From the IMG/VR virus record IMGVR_UViG_3300005265_000018: DNA of 64,000 bases; one strand, written 5' to 3'. The notes under the pieces are model-generated. The model ran no database searches, was not told where the DNA came from, and worked only from the letters and a program-made list of their open reading frames with translations. Made by a program: the position numbers and the translations under genes. The stretch comes from an uncultured virus (IMG/VR IMGVR_UViG_3300005265_000018). Taxonomy: Duplodnaviria; Heunggongvirae; Uroviricota; Caudoviricetes. Positions 29,201 to 37,688 of the stretch are shown here, one piece after another; within the stretch, counting starts at the first letter, position 1, and every line of letters begins with the position of its first letter.

Positions 29201-31392
29201 AGATTTTTATGGCGGTCGTTATGCGAAAGTGAGTGGGACTTACGCTGCAGCAGGTGCTGTAACTATTACTGTTACGGGTGCTGGCAGTTCTTCAGCTTAT
29301 ATTTTCACCAAAGGTGACATTATCATTAATGCTCGAACAGGTGAACGTATGGAGGTAGCTACTATTGCGTCTACAACTACAATTACGATTGCGGCAGGTG
29401 GACGTTCTATAGGTGCTACAGCTGCGGCTGCTGGTGCTGACGGAGATGGACTCTATATCGTTGGTAATGCTTCGGAGGAAAATGCTAGTGCGAGGAATAT
29501 TAATACTACTCGCTCTTCAGCAGAATCCAATTACACTTTAATTAAAATTTGGGTGTAACAAAATTTAGCTATATGCGGGAAACTGTCGCTAGGTTAACAG
29601 TAGGATAATAAGATTTAACATCTTATCGAACCCTAAAAATCTGTTAAATAGACACAATCTGCAGGAAAGATAATTTATGTATATTAAAAAATGCGATATT
29701 TGCGGGAAGGAATTTGTTGTAAATCGCTATAATACCAATGTTTGTTCTAATGAATGTCGAATTATTAATAGGAATAAAAAATTAAAAATTAGAAGAGAAA
29801 AGAAAAGAATATATTACGTTAAATATTGTAAAAAATGTGGTAAAGAATTTGTTACTTATTGGTCTAGAAAAATTTTTTGTTCCAATAGTTGCAAATGTGG
29901 ATATTGGGATAAATTAAGAGCCGATAAAAAACCGAGAAAAACTAATAAACGATATTCAATTGCTAACGAGTTAAGAACACAATCTTTTACCCCCAAACAA
30001 TTATCCATAATATTGGGTACATTATTAGGGAATGGGTGCTTAATAAAATCTAGTAAAACAGGGGAAAGTAATCTATATAGACTTTCATGGACACATGGAG
30101 CTGTGCAAAAAGAATATATTGAATGGAAAAATCAAGAAATGAAACCTTTTACTACCAATGGATTAATAAGATATAAAAGAAAGAATAATAATGGATTTGG
30201 AAGAAAAGATAATAAAGAAGAAATAACATATCATTTGGTAACCATTGGACACAATGATTTAGCTAGGCTGAGGGGCATATTATACAGGGGAAAGAAAAAA
30301 TTTGTTACTAGAAGGTATTTGAACATGCTAGATGAATTAAGTTTGGCAGTATGGTATATGGATGATGGAAGTTATAGTAAAAAGAATAAAGCAATGATAT
30401 TACATACGCTTGGAATGAATATGTCAGAACATAAAGCAATGCAAAAATGGTTTTGGCAGAGGTGGCACATAGAATGTATTATTAGCAATATAAAAAAAGA
30501 ATATAACAATGGTATTAAGCGATACAATTATTTAAGGTTTAGGGTGAGTGAAACTAAAAAATTTCATAATTTAGTAGCTCCATATATTATTCCTTCTATG
30601 CAATATAAATTAAATCCTCAACGACTAATACGCTAAAATATCTAATTTTTAGATATAAGATAGAGTCTCCTCTTACTAGAGATAGTAAGGCCATTAAAGG
30701 CAATAACTAATTAAAGTTATAAGATTTGACAAATTTTTCGTACTACGGTAGGTGCATCTCGCACTGAGATGAAGTCAGACCTTTATGGCCCAAAAGATAT
30801 GGTATATCAAAGGGCTAAAAAGGGTACTGTACATGCCTTAGACATCGAAAGAGCATTTTGGTGGGGCGAAAAAGGTTCTACCACTGGTACTAATGGACAT
30901 CCAAAGAAATATACTGGCGGTGTTTTAGAGTTTATTGAGGCAGGTAAAGCCTATGTTCAGGATCAGGACGGTCCTATAACTGCTCCTGATTTTAACACTT
31001 TCTTAAGAGAAGGATTCACCTATGGATCAACAACCAAAGTGTTGTTTGCGGGGGGCATTATAATTGAAGCTCTCAACGAAATAGCTCGCGGTCAATTACA
31101 AACTAAAGTTGGATCCACTACTTATGGTGTAAAAATCAATGAGTGGATTACTCCTTTTGGTGTGGTTAATATTGTCCACAATCCGCTATTCGTTGAAGAT
31201 TATGCTGGTTATGGCTTCCTATTAGACATGAGTTCTTTCCGTTATCGTTATCTAAATGATAGTGATACTCACTTAAATACGAACATTCAATCTCCCGACG
31301 TTGATGGTCAGATTGATGAGTATTTAACTGAATGCGGTCTTGAGAGAAAGCAGGCGGCAAATTGTGCCTTAATTAAAGGCGTAACAGGCTAA
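26285..31392 (+). CDS. Major capsid protein, spliced: join(26285-26297, 27205-27218, 27465-27572, 28420-28535, 29198-29537, 30730-31392), 417 aa
   Basis: Exons join into one open frame (MSYPYYTEPTHDRG...FLLEPNQHPL...EFKWFEDFY...SNYTQIFRT...LIKGVTG); every junction has P1 U-G and P10 pairing; follows the scaffold gene. Confidence 0.88.
26298..27204 (+). mobile_element. Group I intron 1 of the capsid gene (terminal nucleotide apparently A)
   Basis: P1 TATCCGT/GCGGATA; P10 TGTAAT/ATTACA; P7 GACCA/TGGTC; P9 hairpins. Confidence 0.85.
26431..27135 (+). CDS. Intron-encoded LAGLIDADG homing endonuclease (two motifs)
   Basis: YGTLLGDASL and IWYLDDG. Confidence 0.9.
   Translation: MIIKGKRTKGVHLRKNFHLSDIQKQLCYGTLLGDASLNWRSNGQCRLKVGHCEKQQDYLEWKRNLLMPFILQSEPTIDLLSESNFSKNGSKFYIYNTIAHQDFTDMAGLFYRKVSGKRIRYITMKTLKLLNPFAILIWYLDDGILTKDKEMRIYSNAYSLSHHKAIKIWFWQQYRIETKIVPTRHGEKIYYFLRFSVNNSKNLQELFNPYIDSLPECIKYKLLASTTIRKTPIW
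27219..27464 (+). mobile_element. Group I intron 2 of the capsid gene (ORF-less, 246 nt)
   Basis: TTGCTGGAAA, AATCAGCA, TCAGAGACTA and TATAGTCC core elements; P10 TGAGT/ACTCA; omega-G at 27464. Confidence 0.9.
27573..28419 (+). mobile_element. Group I intron 3 of the capsid gene
   Basis: P1 GCCT/GGGC; P10 TTGATT/AATCAA; P7 GACTG/CAGTC; omega-G at 28419. Confidence 0.9.
27703..28359 (+). CDS. Intron-encoded LAGLIDADG homing endonuclease
   Basis: LAYLFGVYLSDG and FIAGIMDGDG. Confidence 0.9.
   Translation: MDLGTISRQDCTLNKELAYLFGVYLSDGSIVNTNFDLQVCDKDFAEFTLSCFKKIIPTTRAYLRERNDNLEWNKNIRYIIRVGMGNYANFFKQQTNNKHHLPLCIWDANNGLKKWFIAGIMDGDGWISKTKRKSPPSQIGKFQYRIGIGGVEDGWIYEFRKLLAEFRVKCNKVERVVTKNGRWFCRFSINPKSFFDAKLFFTIKRKQERCTIASETAR
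28536..29197 (+). mobile_element. Group I intron 4 of the capsid gene
   Basis: P1 ATGGTT/GACCAT; P7 GACTG/CAGTC; P9 CTGCATG-GAGA-CATGCAG; omega-G at 29197. Confidence 0.88.
28615..29166 (+). CDS. Intron-encoded single-motif LAGLIDADG endonuclease
   Basis: LAWLAGIWDGEG; LPYLITKK. Confidence 0.9.
   Translation: MSRVDQQVTSHQLAWLAGIWDGEGTFTISFLQKGKGKFFLSSQITLTNSCPLMINEISKIIDYYKIGAHLWLENLRTKKHKQCYHLTIRKQECIKKFIELVLPYLITKKSRAEILYRFVCKRMKYKRKVIQGSNGQLKGVKPQSYSDEEMSLYEQIKKLNSKGYKEGTSTTVRQTPKRGDDTV
29538..30729 (+). mobile_element. Group I intron 5 of the capsid gene (terminal nucleotide apparently A)
   Basis: P1 TTACACT/GGTGTAA; P10 AAAATTTG/CAAATTTT; core closely similar to intron 1. Confidence 0.85.
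29677..30636 (+). CDS. Intron-encoded LAGLIDADG protein with N-terminal Zn-ribbon repeats; first motif has Asn in place of Asp
   Basis: CxxCGKEF x2; LGTLLGNG; WYMDDG. Confidence 0.85.
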   Translation: MYIKKCDICGKEFVVNRYNTNVCSNECRIINRNKKLKIRREKKRIYYVKYCKKCGKEFVTYWSRKIFCSNSCKCGYWDKLRADKKPRKTNKRYSIANELRTQSFTPKQLSIILGTLLGNGCLIKSSKTGESNLYRLSWTHGAVQKEYIEWKNQEMKPFTTNGLIRYKRKNNNGFGRKDNKEEITYHLVTIGHNDLARLRGILYRGKKKFVTRRYLNMLDELSLAVWYMDDGSYSKKNKAMILHTLGMNMSEHKAMQKWFWQRWHIECIISNIKKEYNNGIKRYNYLRFRVSETKKFHNLVAPYIIPSMQYKLNPQRLIR

Positions 31393-31529
31393 AAATTAAA
31401 ATAAAATAAATCACTGAAATAGATTTCCTACGGAGCGGTGGGAAGAAAAATCACCGCTCCATATGGATTTATTCCATATCCCGACCAGGGCACGGGTAAT
31501 TGCCCGTAGTTAATTCTTAAAGAAAAAAA

Positions 31530-32261
31530 ATGGGATCATTAAACGCAGTACAAGTTAGACAAGGTCTAGCTCAAGGCGTATCTGATGTTGTCGTGGATGA
31601 TACTCCAGTTGCTATTAGAATGAAGTATAAAGGTACTGGAACAGTGACTAGTGTTGTGGTAGACACTGACCAGGACATTACTTTAACTACTTCTGATGGT
31701 GGTACTGAAGAGTTTCTACTTGCGACTTATACTACAATGGGAGCATTAGTTGATGCCATCAACGGTAGTGCTTATTGGGAAGCTAAACTTCTTGATGCCA
31801 AGCGTGATGACAAAACTACTGGTTCTCCATTTGTAAATAATGCAGGAGTAACAATTTCTACCGATGGTTATTATGATGCCTTAATCGATACCTCTGAAGC
31901 AGTAGATGCCGACGATAATCATGTTTATACTATTCGAGTAACTTATGATAGGGGTGTTGGTGTTGAGAAACCATCAGGTTCACATCGGGTAAGATTACAA
32001 GAAATTATTTATAACGTTGACATTGGTGCTACCTTAGCTAAGGGTTTTAGAATTTATGAGTGGGATGCAAGTGCTAAAACGGAAGTTTTACGCTATCAAG
32101 TAGCTGCTGTGGATGCTACTAAAACTACTATAAATTTTGCCAATGGTAAGGGTAGTTTAGATGCTGGTTTTGGTAATGATTTGATTGTTCGCGTTTTAAA
32201 CGCCAACTCCATTACTGACCAAGCAGATAATTACCTAAACGTTACTTATCTCCGAGAATAA
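31530..32261 (+). CDS. Probable capsid decoration or minor structural protein
   Basis: Beta-rich T/D/V composition; directly after the capsid gene. Confidence 0.5.
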   Translation: MGSLNAVQVRQGLAQGVSDVVVDDTPVAIRMKYKGTGTVTSVVVDTDQDITLTTSDGGTEEFLLATYTTMGALVDAINGSAYWEAKLLDAKRDDKTTGSPFVNNAGVTISTDGYYDALIDTSEAVDADDNHVYTIRVTYDRGVGVEKPSGSHRVRLQEIIYNVDIGATLAKGFRIYEWDASAKTEVLRYQVAAVDATKTTINFANGKGSLDAGFGNDLIVRVLNANSITDQADNYLNVTYLRE

Positions 32262-32321
32262 ACCAATTGTGGGGAGGGGGCAGTCTTCTCCCCCATTGGG
32301 AAATAATAAACTAAATTAATT

Positions 32322-32918
32322 ATGAAGTATATGCGTTTTTATTCAAAATACAAACATTATCGTTTGGTCTTAAAGCCAAGTATTCCCGCAAATCGTTTTA
32401 CTGGCGAACCAATGAAGCCAGGTTTATTTGTTTTATTTCAAGATGGTGTGGCGGATGTGAATGATGAGGAGACCATTAAACTCCTTAAAAATCATGCACG
32501 ATATGGGCAAGGAAATGATTTTATTAGTGAGGAGCATGAGGGGAGCAAAGATCCATATGCTGATTCTCGCATCGATAGAGAGCCAATCCATGCAATAACA
32601 GAAATGAAATATGGTACACCTGGTGCAGTTATAAATCCTCGTCCTGCTGTTACTTTTTCTCCCGAACAGAAAAAAATTATAATGGAAATGGCTAAAGCAA
32701 TGGCTAAAGAAATTGTAGAAAAAGAGTTAGCGACTACTCCAAAAGAGGAGGCTGTTAAAACTGAGACAAATACTTCTAATGAAGTGGTTAAAGCTAAAGT
32801 GGGAAGGCCGAAAAAGGAAACGGAAAACAACAAGAGGGTAGGAAATTCAAAAAAGGAAACGGAAAATAACAAGATTGAAGACCAGACCGATAAAAATCTC
32901 GAAAAAGACAAAGAGTAA
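32322..32918 (+). CDS. Hypothetical protein
   Basis: ORF track; charged C-terminus. Confidence 0.7.
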   Translation: MKYMRFYSKYKHYRLVLKPSIPANRFTGEPMKPGLFVLFQDGVADVNDEETIKLLKNHARYGQGNDFISEEHEGSKDPYADSRIDREPIHAITEMKYGTPGAVINPRPAVTFSPEQKKIIMEMAKAMAKEIVEKELATTPKEEAVKTETNTSNEVVKAKVGRPKKETENNKRVGNSKKETENNKIEDQTDKNLEKDKE

Positions 32919-33011
32919 TTTTTGAGGTTTATAAGAAATCTGATTGGAACTGCCTATGATGCGAGTTTGACCATAAGGAAAAGGGCTGGCTAATAGGCGG
33001 GATTAAATATT

Positions 33012-34124
33012 ATGCATGTTACACAAATCAGTGATTATAAACATTGGTTATACGATCCAACTCTTTATGGTTTAGATGATGATATATTTAAGAATATTAG
33101 TGGTGTTACAGAGTGTATAAACGGTAAAATTCGTGTTAGGGCTTCGGTTGATGGCACAAGTGGACGAACAAATACTACTACTTTAATAATGATGGGGCGA
33201 ATAATTCTGAATATGACCATTGAAGATGCTCCAGCCGCTGGTCATTCAAAGGTATTTGGTTTGTATTCTCGTGCTTATGGAAATCATAATGCTGCTTATT
33301 TTTTCATTTCTGGAAAAAATTTTTATGTCAGAACATACGATGATAAAGACCCAGCCACAGTAGAGCAGACAACAGTACTATGGAATACTGATTGGAATGT
33401 AGGTAATCCATCTATCCAGTTTGAAATTAGATGGACAATTGATAAGATAGAATTTTATATTGATGGAGTAAGAAAAGCCACCCACACAAACCACATCCCT
33501 AAACAAGTATTATTGCCATTATATTTTTCTAATGGTGATAGGGATAATATTATGTGGGTGAATTGGATAAGGGTTGAGGGGGCAAGAAAGATGTATTTTG
33601 CCAAACCACTGCATTATTCATCTTCTACTTCTACCTCTAGTTCTACCTCTAGCTCTACATCCTCTAGTACTAGTTCTTCCACCTCTAGTTCTACCACATT
33701 TACTAGTAGTACTAGTAGCTCCACGTCTAGTTCTACTTCTTCCAGTACCTCTAGCTCAACCAGTTCTAGTACTAGCTCTACTTCCTCTAGTACCTCCAGT
33801 TCCACTTCCTCCAGTACTTCTAGCTCAACTTCTTCCAGCACTTCCAGTTCTACATCTTCCAGCACTTCCAGTTCTACATCTTCCAGCACTACTTCCAGTA
33901 CTTCTACCTCTACTTCATCCAGTACTTCCAGTTCAACTTCTACTAGCACTTCCAGTTCTACATCTTCCAGTACTTCCAGTTCTACATCTTCTAGTACTTC
34001 CACTACTTCTGTTTCCACTAGTTCTTCCTCTAGCACATCTAGTTCCACATCTTCTAGTACTTCTAGCTCAACATCTTCCAGCACAAGCTCTAGTACGAGT
34101 AGTTCTACATCTTTACTAGGTTAA
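33012..34124 (+). CDS. ConA/GH16-like beta-sandwich protein with a C-terminal (SSTS)n tract
   Basis: FEIRWTIDKIEFYIDG motif; ~165-residue Ser/Thr tail. Confidence 0.7.
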   Translation: MHVTQISDYKHWLYDPTLYGLDDDIFKNISGVTECINGKIRVRASVDGTSGRTNTTTLIMMGRIILNMTIEDAPAAGHSKVFGLYSRAYGNHNAAYFFISGKNFYVRTYDDKDPATVEQTTVLWNTDWNVGNPSIQFEIRWTIDKIEFYIDGVRKATHTNHIPKQVLLPLYFSNGDRDNIMWVNWIRVEGARKMYFAKPLHYSSSTSTSSSTSSSTSSSTSSSTSSSTTFTSSTSSSTSSSTSSSTSSSTSSSTSSTSSSTSSSTSSSTSSSTSSSTSSSTSSSTSSSTSSSTTSSTSTSTSSSTSSSTSTSTSSSTSSSTSSSTSSSTSTTSVSTSSSSSTSSSTSSSTSSSTSSSTSSSTSSSTSLLG

Positions 34125-34169
34125 AAATAATGTGGGGGGGGTATTTCCCCCTCCCCATTGGGATAGTTA

Positions 34170-34464
34170 TATGGTAAATAATAATGGTGAAAAAATTAAA
34201 AAAGTATTATTCAATGAAATTACTTTTTTTCTATCAATAATAGCAGTAGTGATTGGAGTAGTATTGTCTGTTACTGGGACAGATGCCGAATTAAGAAGTG
34301 ATATATCTTTAATAAACCAGAATATTGAGACGATAAAAGGTAATGACTTAGTCCATTTATCACAACGAATAGACAGTATTTCTAATGTCAATAATGAACA
34401 AAATGTTCGCTTAAGAAATATAGAAAATAATATAACCAAAATATTAACAATTTTGGAAAATTGA
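34170..34464 (+). CDS. TM plus coiled-coil protein (holin-like)
   Basis: One TM segment then a coiled coil; overlaps the peptidase start. Confidence 0.5.
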
Positions 34465-35504
34465 TTATGTTTAAACCATTTAAGCGTAAAAATTTTGGTT
34501 TAGGGGCAATTCCAGATCCCATTGATTTAAGGGATCGTTCTTACGATTCAATTGCAATGGCAGGAGAACCAGTTGATTGGAATGCTGGTTATGACATTGA
34601 AGAAGAATTAGATTTTGAGTTGCCGTTTAAAAATCAGGGTAGTAGTTCTTCGTGTGTTGGAAATGCATGGTCTTATTATATTGGCATATTAAATACTATT
34701 GAAGAGGGAGTGTATAAAGAGGTTTCAGCCAAATCCATTTATAGTCAAATATTTTTACCAGGAGGTGGGGCATATATACGTGATGGTGGTAAATTGGCGG
34801 TTAATTGGGGTGCAATGTTTGAAACAATAGTTTCTTCTTATGATAATGGTAAGCCCCCCAAGGAGGCATTTATGCGTGATTTGACATGGAAAACACATGA
34901 AATTGAAAAATTAGCTAAAATTTTACAAGCCAAAGAATATCGGGTAATTAATCACGTAACAATGGATACTGTTGCACAAGCCATTAGGGATAACCATTGT
35001 GTGGTTGGTGGAGTTTATATCGGAAATAGTGGAACATGGCGAACGGCTGAACCAAAACCATCTACAAGAGAGGGTGGACATTGTTTATTGTTGGGGAAAT
35101 ATGGGATAGATGAAATGGGAAAATTTATTTCAACACCCAATTCTTGGAATAATTTAAAATTAAAAGATAAGTTGCACCCTGATGGTTGGCAGAAATTAAG
35201 GGAAGATTATTTTAACAATACTTTTAGTTTCAATCCGTGGCTTTTACGAGATAAACCCAATCAAGACCCTGACACCAATTATAATGATCCAGAAGTGATT
35301 AAAATATTGGATGAAAATGAGAAGGCATGTATAATAGAGGGAGAAGGCAGTGGAAGGAAAGGAATTTTAATTAATGGGAAATTAAGGGAAATTACAGAAG
35401 GTCGTGAAGCTGCAGCATGTCTTTATAGTATGGTTAATAATGGTATGGGAGTTACAGTAAGTACAGATTTATTTAATAAATTACCGAAGGATGATATATT
35501 TTAA
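34461..35504 (+). CDS. Papain-family (C1) cysteine peptidase
   Basis: NQGSSSSCVG (Gln, Cys), GGHCL (His), PNSW (Asn). Confidence 0.85.
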   Translation: MIMFKPFKRKNFGLGAIPDPIDLRDRSYDSIAMAGEPVDWNAGYDIEEELDFELPFKNQGSSSSCVGNAWSYYIGILNTIEEGVYKEVSAKSIYSQIFLPGGGAYIRDGGKLAVNWGAMFETIVSSYDNGKPPKEAFMRDLTWKTHEIEKLAKILQAKEYRVINHVTMDTVAQAIRDNHCVVGGVYIGNSGTWRTAEPKPSTREGGHCLLLGKYGIDEMGKFISTPNSWNNLKLKDKLHPDGWQKLREDYFNNTFSFNPWLLRDKPNQDPDTNYNDPEVIKILDENEKACIIEGEGSGRKGILINGKLREITEGREAAACLYSMVNNGMGVTVSTDLFNKLPKDDIF

Positions 35505-35518
35505 TTAATTAAAATAAG

Positions 35519-35556
35519 TTATCCACATTGTAAATTTATCAAAATAGTGCTATAAT
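35519..35556 (+). promoter_or_regulatory. DnaA box abutting a sigma70 promoter
   Basis: TTATCCACA followed by TTGTAA-17 nt-TATAAT with an extended TG. Confidence 0.6.
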
Positions 35557-35588
35557 TAAAAGTAGTTTTAATTAATAAACCAAATTCT

Positions 35589-35771
35589 ATGAACATCATT
35601 GAATTAGCAATTGCGATTTTAGCTGGTATTTGTCTTATTGGTATTATTGTTTTAGCTGCCCTAAACATTGCTATACCCGTAGTTTTAACAACTGTGGGTA
35701 GTGCATTGGTAGGTTGGTTAATAGGCAAGAAAAATGAGCAGATTGTCGGCTTATTTAAACAAAAAAAATAG
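35589..35771 (+). CDS. Small two-TM protein (holin-like)
   Basis: Two hydrophobic segments and a basic C-terminus. Confidence 0.55.
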   Translation: MNIIELAIAILAGICLIGIIVLAALNIAIPVVLTTVGSALVGWLIGKKNEQIVGLFKQKK

Positions 35772-35929
35772 AATCAATCATATTTGTAAATAGTTTTAAG
35801 AAAAGGGGAGGTTTTATATGATTGTCCTCCCCATGGGGGTTTTATTTAAAATACTATGAAAATGAATAAATTTATATATAGATTGTTAATTAATGAAGAA
35901 GTTTTCTTTTGGAAACTTTTTTTGTTTTT

Positions 35930-37387
35930 ATGGAATTAAATGAAATTATCCAAAAAGCCAAAGACTTGGGCAGTTATTTTATTACCATTACCACAAGGGA
36001 TAAAACTAAAACAGAAAATGATCTTAATCATTATGTGTTTCAGCACGAATTTGATAGAGATAATATAATTCCCAGTCTTGATGCCTCAATTCTATCAATG
36101 GGAATTAAGCCAGAGAAACCAGTAGATGTGATTATGCCAGAACCACATAAGGATGAAGGGAGGAGGCTGAAAATTTTAATAGTAAGTCACTTTAACCGAA
36201 TGCCTTTTAGCTATAGTCCTGCAAGGGCAGTTAGAAATCAGATTAAAATGTTAAAGGAACATGGACATGAGGTGACATTTTTAATATATGAGGGCTCGTC
36301 ATTAACTAATAAAGATTTGGGTTGTACTGTAAAGCCTATTATTCCTAAATTTAAAAGGGAAAAGAATGTAATAAATGAAGAGGGGAAAAGAAAAATTATA
36401 GATGTAATAAGGGAGGAATTGACTGGTAGTTATGATTGTGCCATAACCCATGATTTTTTTCTCCGCGATACAGTTACATTTTCTGAAGCAATAAGGGAAT
36501 GTGGTGTAGATATTCCCTGGCTTCATTTTGCCAGAAGTGGGATAGGGCATGAAATGGATTTTTCCATGAAAAATGCTAGATTTGTTTATCTTAATAAGTC
36601 TGATGTTGGTCATTTTGCTAAAGCGATTAAAGTTCGACCAGAACAGTGTCGGACAGTTTTTAACGAAAAAGAACCTGCTTTTATGTTTAATTGGCATCCA
36701 ATTACACAAATGATTGTGAAAAAATTTCAGTTATGGGAAAAAGACATAATTCAAACATATCCAATGTGTAGTACCAGGTTTGATGCCAAGGGGTTGGATT
36801 CGGTAATTAAAGTATTTGTGGAATTAAAGAGATTGGGGAATAAGGTTTGTTTGATAGTACCAAATGCTAATGGTAGGCGAAGGGTGGATGATTTAAGAAG
36901 AAAACAGGAATTTGCTAAAGAAATGGGATTAAATGAAGATGAATTTATTTTTACTAGTTTATTGCATAGCAATGAATATAATACAGAATCGGAAGTGCCA
37001 AATCAGGTTTGTGCTGAATTAATGCAGATTAGTAATTTATTTATATTTCCCACCATTGCTGAGGTTGGTCCAAATGTTTTATTGGAAGCTAGTATGGCGA
37101 AGAACCTCGTGGTGATTAATGAAGATTTGCCATTATTAAAGGATTTTTGTGATCAGAATTCTGTTTTGTCATATCCTTTTACCAGTAGCCGTAACATGCA
37201 TTATAAAGAAAGAGACGCTGAGTCATTGGCAAGATTGGCAAGAAAAATACAAGGAGAATTGCGTTCAAATAAAATAGATAAACAGTTTCGATTGGTTTGG
37301 CGTAAACACAATGCCACTACAATTTATCATATGTTAATGTCAGTTATTTATGAATTAATAGAAGATTTTAAGAATGGAAAACTATGA
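35930..37387 (+). CDS. GT-B (GT4-like) glycosyltransferase
   Basis: LKILIVSH, GHEVTFL, KGLD, FIFPTIAEVGPNVLLEAS (EX7E). Confidence 0.85.
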   Translation: MELNEIIQKAKDLGSYFITITTRDKTKTENDLNHYVFQHEFDRDNIIPSLDASILSMGIKPEKPVDVIMPEPHKDEGRRLKILIVSHFNRMPFSYSPARAVRNQIKMLKEHGHEVTFLIYEGSSLTNKDLGCTVKPIIPKFKREKNVINEEGKRKIIDVIREELTGSYDCAITHDFFLRDTVTFSEAIRECGVDIPWLHFARSGIGHEMDFSMKNARFVYLNKSDVGHFAKAIKVRPEQCRTVFNEKEPAFMFNWHPITQMIVKKFQLWEKDIIQTYPMCSTRFDAKGLDSVIKVFVELKRLGNKVCLIVPNANGRRRVDDLRRKQEFAKEMGLNEDEFIFTSLLHSNEYNTESEVPNQVCAELMQISNLFIFPTIAEVGPNVLLEASMAKNLVVINEDLPLLKDFCDQNSVLSYPFTSSRNMHYKERDAESLARLARKIQGELRSNKIDKQFRLVWRKHNATTIYHMLMSVIYELIEDFKNGKL

Positions 37388-37688
37388 ATAACCCAACTAA
37401 AAAAATTAAACTACCAAAAAAATATTGGCAGAAGGGTAAAAGTAAGTTTCTTTATTATCGTAATGAATTATGGCATAAACCAGATCTAGATGTTAATGGT
37501 TCATGGAAAACAGAGGAGAAAGAAAGAATGGATGCTAATAAAAAAAGAAGAGAAGAGCTTAAAATTAATCAACCCAAATATCCAGATAGTTATTATAAAG
37601 ATTGTTATATTAATTCTCCCGAATACCAAAGACATTATAAGGAAAGTATCCAAAGGGGTATTATTCGGGTTATGAGTAAATAAAAAAT

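Noticed and set aside
26431..30636. LAGLIDADG ORFs as inteins or free-standing genes
   Set aside because: They are not in frame with the capsid exons, lack Cys/His-Asn splice ends and sit inside group I cores
32925..33005. Possible ribozyme or riboswitch upstream of 33012
   Set aside because: Some pairing (GCCTAT/ATAGGC) but no recognisable conserved core
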